Source: Haliotis rubra
Taxonomy: Eukaryota
DNA: 64,000 nucleotides
Assembly: GCF_003918875.1 (NCBI RefSeq)
Contig: NW_025765059.1
Span: 1,922,001-1,986,000, forward strand
Direction of reading: 5' to 3'
Shown: positions 24,671-36,465 of the stretch, in pieces
Layout of the letters: the number at the start of each line of letters is the position of its first letter
How positions within the stretch are numbered: the stretch's first letter is position 1
Notes under the pieces: model-generated
The model's input: the letters and a program-made list of their open reading frames with translations, nothing else
Told to the model about the DNA's origin: nothing
Database searches by the model: none
Position numbers and translations under genes: made by a program

Positions 24671-27600
24671 TGACGTTTAAACATTCGATCTTGGTAATCC
24701 GTTATTTGCAGCCGCCGTTGCTCCACCACTGCGCAAGCTATGCATTACCATACTGTTTTATGTTATCAACATAAGGACGTAAAGCATCAATGAATATCTC
24801 TCTTAATCTTGTATATGAGATAGGAACATTTCCTTTCCTCATGATATATCCAGAAGCACATTTTGTCAGACCTCTAAAAATATACTGATCCGAATCAGAC
24901 TCAATCGCAGCCATATCAAGATAACGTTCTAAACAAGCTACTGGACAAAGCTTTGTTTGTGTACGACCTATAACAACCCATGCACCATCTCTGTAAATGT
25001 CAGTCTTTGATTTTCAATGAAAACAAGCATATGAGATTGACAAAATACAACATCAGAACGTGATATATACAATAACTCGGGCTGATCGCAAAAAATCCTG
25101 CATAAGCCAATAAACACATTGAAAGCAATCTAAGCTCAGGTAACCCGGCTCCTTGTATTTTGTCATCATACAAGCGTTCAAGAATAGCTACCGTGATAGG
25201 TTCTTTCTTAACTACAGCTTCCAGCTTCCTCTTAGCTGCTTCCATGACACACTCTTGACTAAACCGTTAGCAGTGGGACTCACAAGTCCTATACTTGAAT
25301 GCGCATGGCGCAAGCTATAAAAAGCTGTCAACACAGGGGAAACAGTTTCACTTTGTTGAATTACTGATACCAAATATAATGCACAATGCAACGGCGATAC
25401 AGGTAAATCAAAAGAAATCTCATTACATATCGCCCACCTTTTTCCACGCAGCAAACCTGTACTGATACTTTCTGTTTGTCGAATCAGCTGCAGCTCCAGA
25501 CAACATCGATGGGATATCATCAGCCAATGCTCTAACACTATCTGGGAGATCACTCAACTCGTCCCTGTACACGTGCTGGAAAGCCTCTGTAAACACATAC
25601 AGCATAAATTAACGAAAATCAATGAACAGAGCAAGCATATTAAAATCTAAATCTGTCTGGCCGAACAAACCCCCTTTGTATCCTAGAAGCTGTATACGCT
25701 TCCTTAACTGTGGGAAGATACATCCAATCTTTGATCTGTGGAATGAACACGTTTTAGCGCATATCAACGGCCAGAAACACGCAGAAGGCCACTCGGGAAC
25801 CACTAAAGTACCAACTGCACGACATTCTTTCAAGTGCTTGATGACCCTTGGAATCAAACCTATAGGCGGACACAATCCAGCTCATAGTTCCTTCCAGTTG
25901 ACTGTGAAACAATCTACCGCTTGACTCCCAGGATTGCTGAACTTAGAATTGAAACGCTCCAACTTCGTATTATAGTACGAAGCAAATCTATCCACATTAT
26001 GAGGTCCCCAAATAGCATCTACTTTATGGAAAACATCCTGAGAAACACCCCAATCATCACGATCAAGCAACCGACTCAAAAAATCAGCTTTTTGGTTAGC
26101 ACAACGGGGAATCCACTGAACCTCTAACTCAACACTATACTTTAGGCACAAATCGAAAATCTTCAGAGCAATGGACTGTAGATGTTGCTTCATGCTCCCT
26201 TTGTTATAATGTTAACAACGTTCTGATTATCAGTGAGCCACTTCACGTGTTGATGACTTAACCTTTGAAATCAAACTTTCAAACACCAATTTCACAGCTT
26301 TGAGCTCTCCAAGTTGAACTAAGCCTAGCTTCTTCACTGACCACTGGACCACAACTAGGTACACAATCTACATTAACACTATAGCCTGCAAATCCAACAT
26401 CACTGCATCTGAATAAACAACAGTTGTAGCAGTAGCTGATTGTACAAGGGATCTAGAATCATATGTTTCTATGTTCTCGTACCAGAATTTCAACTGTTCG
26501 ATACTGATATCCGACAAAACAATCTTGCTGTACCACGAACTTGCCTTGAGAATGTCTATACTGACTGATCTTGTCATAAGTTGTGATACCGGACCCACAA
26601 CTAACTTCATGGCAATGATTTGACCCACGACAGATGCAACTGACCTTACACAGATTGGCTTACAAATGCTTTGAAGCAAAGTAACAATGGAAAGTTTAAC
26701 CTTGTCAATCTTGCCTTTTGGCACAGAAATAGTCATCGTAGTAGTGTCAATACCAAATCCTAACCATTCAATATTCTGTGAAGGGACCCACAGAGATTTC
26801 TCAACTTTAGGTACAAAACCAGATAAGAGCAGATCATTCTTGATATCCAAACCTGCTGAAAATGTCGTAGCTGATGAGGATCCAGACAAAATACCATCAT
26901 CCAAAATGTGACTATTTTGTGTCCGTCTGACCTCCACTTTTAACCAGCTGTCTAGTCACTTTCGTAAACACATAGGGTGCCGATGTGAGTCCAAAGGGTA
27001 AAACCATAAACTTATAGAAGCAAAGTTTACCAGCTTTGTCTGGCCACGCAAACCCAAGGTAATCTGTATGACCAGGATAAATATCAATATGGTGATAAGC
27101 TGAATGGATGTCAAATTTTATAAGCCAATCATCTTTATCAATATAGTTCAAAGCAGTTTTCCAGTCTTCATATTTCACAGTTCTTTTTAAAGATAAATGC
27201 ATTCACCATTTACATGTAAAGAATTAGTCGTTTTTTGCCCGAAGATTGAACAGAGACAGTTAATGGATTCACTACGGTAGGTGGTTCATGACAGGTCACG
27301 ATCAACTGTTTCATCATCAGCTCTTCAATGGCCTGCGTGACAAAACCATTCTGTTTGAGAGCTGACTTGTTATTGGGTATAAACATAGGAGGGATAGATA
27401 TAAATTGAATTTTATACCCAAAAGCAATCAAATCAATGACAAATTGTGACGCACCAATTTGACGCCAAAACCCAAACTCTGTTTGAGCCTACCCTTGACA
27501 ATTATTTCTGATAAACCCTGCTCATACTTCATAATAGTCGTCAGTTAGTTTGTAAGAATTGATCTCAACATCAACACGATGAGAATACTTAACTGACAGA

Positions 27601-28156
27601 TCTTGACTATTTGTTGACTGGGGTCGAGACTCCGCCTGTGACCACCGAGGCTTTAGATGTACTGACGCTGTAGGGACAGTCTCGTCGGTAGTGCGAGAAC
27701 TCACCGCAGGTGAAGCATGAACCTGACCTTTGACTTTTTGCACGAAAAAGGAGCAGGCTGGCTAGGCTGAAGAGCAGGAACAGGCTGCACAGCAAACTGT
27801 ACGGGCCGAGCGACCGTCGACGAGCGGCGAGCTGACCTAGATGTGGAGTACGGTGATTGGCGTGCACGCTTTTGACGAAGTTTCCTGACTGCCTTGTTTT
27901 CAGCCGAAGTAATCCTTTTGTCATCGTCAGAATCATCAGCGAGATCATTAGCAACATAGTTTCTCACAGTTTCCCAGCCCCCTTCACTAGAATCCGCAAT
28001 TTTGATGTGCTTATTTCTTTTCTGGACACTTTCTATCGCTGACGTCAGAACCGTCTCAGCCTCTTCATAACGTTGATTCTGAATCGACAAAAGAACTGTA
28101 TTCAAAGAATCTACTGTCTCACTGTTGAAATTGTACTGTATTTTATTTCCTTCCCT
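24671..28156 (-). mobile_element. Second, partial copy of the same YR retrotransposon
   Basis: Near-identical to 20840-24323 with many extra indels; lacks the YR 3' end, gag N-terminus and terminal repeats. Confidence 0.9.
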
Positions 28157-28890
28157 AGTTTATAAGTTATCTCAAACAGTTATCAGAAAAGGATAAAACA
28201 TTGAATTGACCCTCCTATAATGCTTCAAAGAAATAATTGGTTGCATGATCATAAATCATTCGTAAAAGGTGTTTGAGTACCTACGTGAGGCAGCTAGTTT
28301 GCGGGATCTGGACTTTTCTCCTCGAACAATTCAACTGGATTTCTAGATTTTACATAATGAATATTTTACATTACTTACGGTAACATGGATTAGCAAATAG
28401 CGCATTGCCGGGAGAGTCACATTCGCACGATCACTCAACTATGTCCATTGCCGGTTAAGCCACACCATTTTCAACTCTGTTTTTCTTAAATGTGGCTTTC
28501 CCGTAGCTCATTGCCAATATAGATCTACATCCGCGGCAAACACAAAGCGTGGGGTGAGGTGTGTGTCAGGGTATGTTATGTTAACCTTATGTGGTTACAG
28601 AGTAATACAGACTACCTGGCCTAAAATTCACACCTGATAAATCCACTTAAGTCACCAGAAGCCAAGCATTGTGTATGGCGATTATATCATGTCTAGACGT
28701 TGCCAGTTGGATCACTGAGGTGGGAATATTACCATCTTTGTCGTTTTTTGCTATAATCACTGCTCTTGTATAAGCTGCCTCTTAATTTGTACTGCCATAC
28801 TATTTTGCACAGATGGCACCATTGTATATTGGTTTGTGAACTTATTTAATTCTAGAATACTATTGTCAATTACAGCATTTTTTGCTGTTT

Positions 28891-29061
28891 AGGGGCGGTG
28901 GGGTAGCCTAGTGGTTAAAGCGTTCGCTCGTCACGCCGAAGACCCGGGTTCGATTCCCCACATGGGTACAATGTGTGAAGCCCATTTCTGGTGTCCCCCG
29001 CCGTGATATTGCTGGAATATTGCTAAAAAGCGGCGTAAAACCATACTCACTCACTCACTCG
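28891..29061 (+). mobile_element. tRNA-derived SINE family A, young full-length copy
   Basis: A box tagcctagtgg, B box gggttcgattccc, (actc)n tail, TSD ttgctgttt. Confidence 0.9.
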
Positions 29062-30682
29062 TTGCTGTTTGTTGGTTAGCTTAGGTTAACACGTAACAAC
29101 CTAAAACAGCGTCGATCCTTACTTTTTCAGGCAAATTGCATTATAATACAAACCTTACTACACCCTTCATGTCATCCATGTTTTATTGTATTAACCCTAC
29201 ACTTGTGTATTGGTCGTCATTCACTTGGTGCTCAGTTTATGATTGTATTACAGTTATAGATTAAAGGTAGCGGTGCTCTGATAACCTGACTATGTAAAAT
29301 AAGGAAAGTTCAGCCATAGGGAAGTCAAGGATAGCTGGCAAGCAGTGATTTGCATTTGGAAATACAAATGCCAGGTGTAACTATTTAGCCCAGGATTGGG
29401 TTATGAAAAGGTTTGACTGGGCGAATGTATTACACGTGTTATGTAATATGGCAGAGCAGCAAGAGAGGAACTGTCATGTATTACATAGATACAGGCCACA
29501 CACTGCTATGAACGTTTGATGATCTTTTGTTTGATATTTTTATGTGTAATTGTCAAGTTTAGTGTTGCATACGATATTATTTACCTTTAGACATCTCTCT
29601 AATTGTACAGTCCGAGGTAGATCCAGTGCCGCCCCAGCCCACTTCACATACAACGTTCACCTTTCAGATTTTATGAAAATGTGCATCAGAAAAAAACCTT
29701 TGTATCCAGAGGCTTAAGGGATCACTTCACATGATAATTTGAATCTGAATGGTAATCCCGAGTCGCTGAATGTATATTTTAACACCTTTAAGCTTTGTTT
29801 ACAATGACCATCTGTGACAATGTGCACATAGCTTTAACCAGGAGAATAGAATACACGGTAGATTATCCCTGCTTTAACATAAATGAATATTCATGATTTC
29901 CATTGTTCAGCGTGAAAGGTATACAACGGTATAATATGAGAGGTGGTTTAATATTCTGACTGGACATAATCTAGCCCGAGTCTGTAGGGATAAATGAAAA
30001 TTCACACAGATAATATTTCCGCACCGTCGATTGTCAGGCATATTTATCATTAAGGGAATATATATACGGTAATTACCGTATAATGGTAATAAATGTGATT
30101 ACCTGCGGAGCCGTTGAAGGGCGAAAGATCTTGTGCAGATATACTGGAGTTTTGGCAAGAAGAAATATCTGGCCTCATATTTTATATATTTATTGCTTAT
30201 ACACTTTTATAAGCTTGCACATCGAGTTTGATAATAAAATTTGTTAGATTATTACAAATAATTTTTGCCTGCACCTAAAACTCATTTTACCGGTAACTAC
30301 TTTATATAATGAAATATTCGTAATCTTGTCAGAAAATATTCTAACAGAGGACATAATCAGACTTGACTAAAACAATTAAACTGCAGCCAACCCGGTTACC
30401 CTATCACATAACTAGTTTCCCGATCCTTTGAAGAGCGTCAGTGTAGAGACGGAATCCAGCTGGACTTATCCGGATGTGACGTCAAATAGAAGCGGCTTTA
30501 CCGGCTCTTGGTTTGGCGCAAGTTGACCAATCGCAAAGGGAACCGGGAACCAGCCAAGGAAAATGGGGACTTGGGGACGTAACTCTGAATATACACCTAC
30601 TTGCAATGTTTAACGGTAGAGCACCTGTACAACAGAATGCGGTTGGCTTAATTTACAACAAATAAACGTTTTAGCAACTGGA

Positions 30683-31045
30683 GGTGAGGTGAGGTGAAAT
30701 TGGGTTTAACGTCGTGCTTGAGAATATTTCGCTCATATGACGACGTGCATGCGTTTGTACATGTATGTGCGGCTACTTGTACTAGCCCAGACTGAAGCTG
30801 GTTTTTTATAGTGTTTTAAAGCCCACTCAGATACCATGCCGCAGTGATGCATGAATACCCCACTCAGACACATAAAACTGACTCCGAGCCGACCAGTCCA
30901 TGTTGTACCCTTTAATGCCGAGCGCCAGGCAGGGACCAACAAGTACCATATTTTAACGTCTTTTGGTATGACGCGGTCGGGGATCGAACCGGCGACCTTC
31001 CGCTCTCCGGGCGGACGCTCTAACCACTACACCACGGAGGCGGTC
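30683..31045 (-). mobile_element. SINE family B
   Basis: Full copy with 13-bp TSD tttagcaactgga. Confidence 0.9.
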
Positions 31046-31457
31046 TTTAGCAACTGGAAATATAGACTGTTGATAATAAAAGTTATGGAAAAAAAACCCA
31101 TGAAACATTATGGTTATTATGGAGCATATCAGATACTTTCATGAGATACTGATACTTGACACACTAGCTTTTATACTTATATTTCTGTGCCATATCTGTA
31201 CTCCAAGAAGTCTATCCAACGAGCATCAAAGACTTGCTTAAATTTCAAATATTAAGGAAGAAACATATTGACCCAACACAATCTTTCTCCATGGTACTGA
31301 TTCGACTGAAAACATAACACATTATCTGGGGTGTATTTACCCTAATTCATTGTAAGTTTTCTTTGTGCATGGTATGGAATTAAAAGATAAAGAATACTTT
31401 TCATCTTGGCACAGTGACTTTTCATTGATACATTCTGGCTCTTTTAAATCATTGTAA

Positions 31458-31772
31458 GGCCAGACCAATTTTATTTCTTGTTTTACGGAGTTTTGTCCTC
31501 AGAAAACCTAAAGGCAGGAGGGAAAAAAACACACAATAAAATCACCAGTCAAAGTAATATTCTTTCTAAATACTCAAAGTATGGTACTTTTGGCAATTTA
31601 TGAAGTGTATATGGGGCAAAAAACAATGTAAAAACAAAATTTCTAATATGTTTACATTTCGGCTAATGAAAACTTTAGGACTTTATTTTTTGAGCATTTT
31701 TATTTTTTTCTTATTCTTGAAAAAATATACGACAGGTGGATCTGTAATACAAGAAATAAAATTGGTCTGGAC
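31458..31772. mobile_element. PIF/Harbinger-like MITE
   Basis: TIR ggccagaccaattttatttcttgt / acaagaaataaaattggtctggac; TSD TAA. Confidence 0.8.
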
Positions 31773-33088
31773 TAAACTGGAAAAACACATAAGACATGAT
31801 ATTCATTATTAAAACTAATTTAACATTATTTACATAATCTAATGTTTATATGTTCCCCGAAGGATAATATATATCTGCCATTTTTTATATGGGGTACAGT
31901 TACAGAATGGATGAATAGTTGTCAGTAGACGTGAGTAAATATACACCAAGCAGATAAACTTATGTTGATTAATGGCATATAGTACTAACAATGGATTTAG
32001 TTGACGGAGATCCTGCCTTTTCTGAATGTACGCATCTTTCAGGATTTGTACAAAGCGTTTTAAGATGACCTGGCATGCTGTTACATGGCAGTGTTATTCA
32101 CAGTGTTGTAATTTAGTGACAATGTTTCTGTTAAGATACACCCGACTTAGGCTGTGGTGTGTTGGCTGCCATAGTCAGGGTCAGAGTGGAGACTGGACAG
32201 GAAGATTCTTGAGTTTCCCGGCCATTCCCGCGCAGCTTGACCCAGAGAGCAATTCCTTTATTTTTTTTTAAAACAGGAAGCAAAATCTTGTCTTGGTAAG
32301 ATTAAATTACATCTCACATTACAAGAAGACCAGGAGTTGTGTGAAGATCACTTTTCACTCTTGATTCACCGGCAAGGCCTATTACAGAAGCTTGACGGTA
32401 CTGGGTAGCTAGGTAGATATTATCACAACTGTCTGTATTGATTTTATACCACATTGTCATGGTACATTATAACATATTCAGCCATTGGATTTTTAATACC
32501 AATGTAATTCTTTAGTAGTTGTTTGTACCCCAGTTAGAACATCCTCAGGTGGAGATTTATCGGAACATATACCCTGGAGAATATTGAGGATGATGTTACA
32601 ATACAATTGGTAATTACGTACAATGTTGTTTGTGGGTTTACACATCAAACTTCTTAACCTTTCGAGTTAACTTATTGTTTCAACATTATTATATACTAAG
32701 CAAAGTATGTAACCATATCTCTGACTGTACAACAAATATTAACTATTGGGACATTGTAACTGTGAGCTTACGTCATTTCACTTTGTCCATTCATCAATTT
32801 CACACACTGTGAAGCACGTTATGACACTTTGAAATAACTGAGTCCGGCTAATGAGAAATCTTAAAGCTCTGTGGTGACGAGGTTGATGGTAGCGCCCCAC
32901 ACTGCTGATGGTTTGTTGTTAGTTTCACAACACTTGCCCTATAACTTATTAATGATAGAAAATGCAGACAATATTGTATCCAAGAAAAGAAAAGTAAAGT
33001 GCTCTATTGTTTCCTAGCCGGAGTTATAGCAGAAATTGAGGCTAGGTTCAAATACTGCCAGCCTATCACATACTGTTCTCCGTTACAC

Positions 33089-33186
33089 GGTTGTCTCCCA
33101 TTTGTTACACATGCCAGTTGTTACACACTCTGATGTTGCCAGTTGTTACACAGTCAGGTTGGGGGTGTAACAAATGGGAGGATACC
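33089..33186. mobile_element. Tiny MITE with 8-9-bp TSD
   Basis: TIR core ctcccatttgttacac / gtgtaacaaatgggag; TSD (c)cgttacac. Confidence 0.55.
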
Positions 33187-33218
33187 CGTTACACTGTTTC
33201 GCGCAGGAAATATATGGA

Positions 33219-33264
33219 ATCAGAGACCATATAATAAATATTTTATTATTATATGGTCTCTGAT
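33219..33264. repeat. Perfect 19-bp-stem hairpin (possible TIR-only transposon remnant)
   Basis: atcagagaccatataataa - 8-nt loop - ttattatatggtctctgat. Confidence 0.7.
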
Positions 33265-34566
33265 GCAATCTAATATTATCTGTTTAACAAAAAAGACTAT
33301 TCAAAAGTAATAAAGATAATATTTATTCTTCATATTTCATGAAATTCATCTGGAAGCAGATTTCTGGAGTTTGATGTTAGGTTTCACTGAGCATTTAGTA
33401 ATGATTTCATTTAATACACTCACACACACAACAACATTCTCTCCGCTATTTTTTTAATTCCATGGCTAACAAAAGTTTACAGAAACACATACATACATTA
33501 ATATGCCAAGGGACACACAAACACTTCCCCACATTGTGCCGTAATTAATATCCAAGATGTACTTGTGATTCAGACTGTACGTCCCCTCAACCGAGTCCTA
33601 CTTAGAGGTGACTACATGGATTAAATGGTCAAGATTTGTGACTTGATTGATTGCATGTCATTTTATCCCAACTGCATAGATTGATGAAAGTAGTCTTCTT
33701 GATCTTCTGTACAGAAGTGGGCAGTAAACAAACAAAAAACAAACAAAAAACAAACAAATATACACATCCATGAGTTGGTACTAGCTTGACATGAAGACAA
33801 ACTCTATGTAACCCATAATATAATTTTCAAACAAAAAGTAACAATGAAAATACAACTGATAGTATGCAAATTAAATCTCTATAACAGTTTAAGTGAAATA
33901 TACATCTATTGACGTGAACAGTCCAGTGTGAGTGAGTGAGTTTTAGGCTTCTTTTGCAATATTCCAGCAATATCATAGCACTGGGGCTTTAATAATAGAA
34001 ATGAGCTTCACACAAACAGTCCGTCAGTTGTTTAACACAGAAGTTCACAATATTCCAGTTATATGACTGAAAAAGATTCTATTTTGTAGACATAATCCAG
34101 CTCCGCAGAACTCTGCATGACTGAAAAAGATTCAATGTTGTACCCACATTCCAGCTCTGCAGAATTCTGGAGAAGGTACTAAAGATTAGAAGGTTAGATC
34201 TGAAGCATACAGTACAATGCAACAAGAGGGTGGTTTTACAGAGAATGTTGTGACAGAACACGAGGGCACAATTCCTGCTACATTCAGGAGGCTTGTAGTT
34301 GATTCAATTGGAGTCATACAAACCAGGGTTGAAAGGAAGAAATACAATCAATGCAATCACCATCCAATCAATAGTGGAGATTTATCGTAATGTATACCCT
34401 GGAGATTATCGAGGATGTGCAATCACAGTATGATGACAATTAAATCATCAAGGTCATTCACTGTGACCTTGACCTAGTAAACAAAGGCATGAGACTAATG
34501 AAGACGATTGTAAGTTGTAACTCAGTTATGTTAAAACAGACTGTAGCAGCTAGAGATGACATAGAG

Positions 34567-34720
34567 AAGGGTGGTTGAGTAGCATGGTGGTTAAACATTC
34601 GCTTAATAACACTGAAGACCCGGGTTTGGTTCCCCACATGGGTACAACGTGAAAGTATTTTAGGAGCCCTTGCCATGATATAGTTGGAATAATGCCAAGG
34701 TGGCATAAAACCATACTCAC
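34567..34720 (+). mobile_element. SINE family A, diverged
   Basis: Head and tail align by eye with the copy at 28891. Confidence 0.7.
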
Positions 34721-35014
34721 TACCTTGGGAGAACTCGGGCCAATGCTGTAATGGTTATCTACACATACAGAGTGAGGTACATATTTTATGCTGAATAAGA
34801 ATTTTGATTGGTTGATATTATAAGTAAGTAGAACCTTTATATCAGTACATCTTTATATCAGATGTTATCAGTACAATGGCGTAGACGGTGATGGATATGA
34901 TGTGTTATAAACATCTGATGAATATGATGTGATATCAGTGTATCTTTATAAATCTGAAGATATGAAGTGATATCTGTATATCTGCAGGAGGGATGGAGAG
35001 AGCTGGTCCTGCCG

Positions 35015-35098
35015 CTAGTGAAGTCTGTTCCTGGTAGTTGACAGACGTGCCCGCGACCCCGAGGTCTGCTTTAGATGGTCGTATCTGTGCTGTTCTTC
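35015..35098 (-). CDS. SH2-myosin, candidate terminal exon
   Basis: ttcag| acceptor; phase 0 reads EEQHRYDHLKQTSGSRARLSTTRNRLH*, phase 2 reads KNSTDTTI*; no homology support. Confidence 0.45.
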   Translation of the reverse strand, partial: EEQHRYDHLKQTSGSRARLSTTRNRLH

Positions 35099-35187
35099 CT
35101 GAATACAGAAACAGTGCTTAGTCAGGTCACTAGTTACCATGGGCACAGATATACTGGAACTGCATGTTTCACAGGAGATACAATATA

Positions 35188-35649
35188 CAGTGGAAACCTG
35201 ATAAGTAAAATTTCAAGGGACTCGCCAAAATTGTTCACTTATCAGGTATTTTACTTATCCAAACTTATAAAAACCTGCAATGACAACCATATGCATGTAT
35301 ATGTATACAGCGGAATAACAGACAACATTTGTGAGTAATATGGCCTCCAGTTGTCAGTGTATTGTCAACTGTCATGACGCCAGTGAGCTGTAAGTAGGAT
35401 GTTTGTTTAGCTGGAGACTGACACGTGCCCCTCATGTCGGATCATTTAGTTATCCAGTCTCTTTTGTTAAGTAATTTACTTCCAGGGACCGTGTGAAGAT
35501 TTAGCTAAGCGTTATTGTTTACTTATCCAAGTTTAGTTAACCAGACTCTAATAGTGATAATTAATGAAGAAATTTGCCGGGACCAAAGAAAAGTGTTTAC
35601 TTATCCGATCTCTTTAGTTAAGCGGTCTTTACTTAGGCGGTTTCCACTG
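35188..35649. mobile_element. Tc1/mariner (pogo/Tigger-like) MITE
   Basis: ta|cagtggaaacc ... ggtttccactg|ta. Confidence 0.8.
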
Positions 35650-36403
35650 TATACAGATAATATCCGTCACTTCAGCACACAGTACAACACACTGCCACAT
35701 CCAGTTCCATCACGTATACAAGGAACAGAGGAAAGGCAGTGTGATGGAAGCTATATTCAAATCTACATTTTTCTCTTACCTCAAATTGATTCATTTTTCT
35801 CTTCTTCTAACACATATATCAACATTATGTATTAAATAAAACTAAGAAAGAACTTGGTTATGTATGTTTTAAGTCTGAGAAAGTGACAGAAAAGACTAAG
35901 ATGTACAGAAGTGGAGGTTAGACATGTAAGCAGGTGTGAATCCCTCCTTTTACAATAGTCATACCAGCAGGAGTGTATGTCATACGTTACTACACCGTCA
36001 CATATCAGGTGTGTAAATCTTCCCTTACAATATTTTCAAATATGTATTGTATTTCATAGCGGATTCTACTGATACTTATATATCAGCAAATGGTCTATTT
36101 ACAAATATCCTCTCATATGAACATAGAGATATGTTCTGCTTTCTACATAATATGGTAACTGTAATAAGTAAGTGTATTAGCTTCATAAATGGTCACGTAA
36201 GTGACTTTCTGTATTCATGATACATTCACGTACAGAGAAATGTGTGTTAAGTTATGGTTTATAACATACAATGTACTAAACTATATCTGTTTTACTTCTT
36301 TATTAATACAGTATATGTTACTAGAGTTTGTGAGAGTACAGTGTGACTAGACGTTTTCTGATATAGTGGTATCAGTAGTATAAACATATACTGAAGCAAA
36401 TAC

Positions 36404-36465
36404 ATTGTCCTGTAGGCCTCCTTGAAACTGGCCGCATCACTGGCCCAGTACACCGTCTCTCTCTT
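36404..36465 (-). CDS. SH2-myosin, candidate small exon
   Basis: GC-rich island, tagcag| acceptor and |gtattt donor; KRETVYWASDAASFKEAYRT(M). Confidence 0.35.

Noticed and set aside
28891-28965. tRNA gene
   Set aside because: tRNA-like head of a SINE, continuing into a body, microsatellite tail and TSD; same for the other copies
30420-30600. Promoter-like cluster (ccggatgtgacgtca, CCAAT)
   Set aside because: No linked exon identifiable; may belong to a repeat
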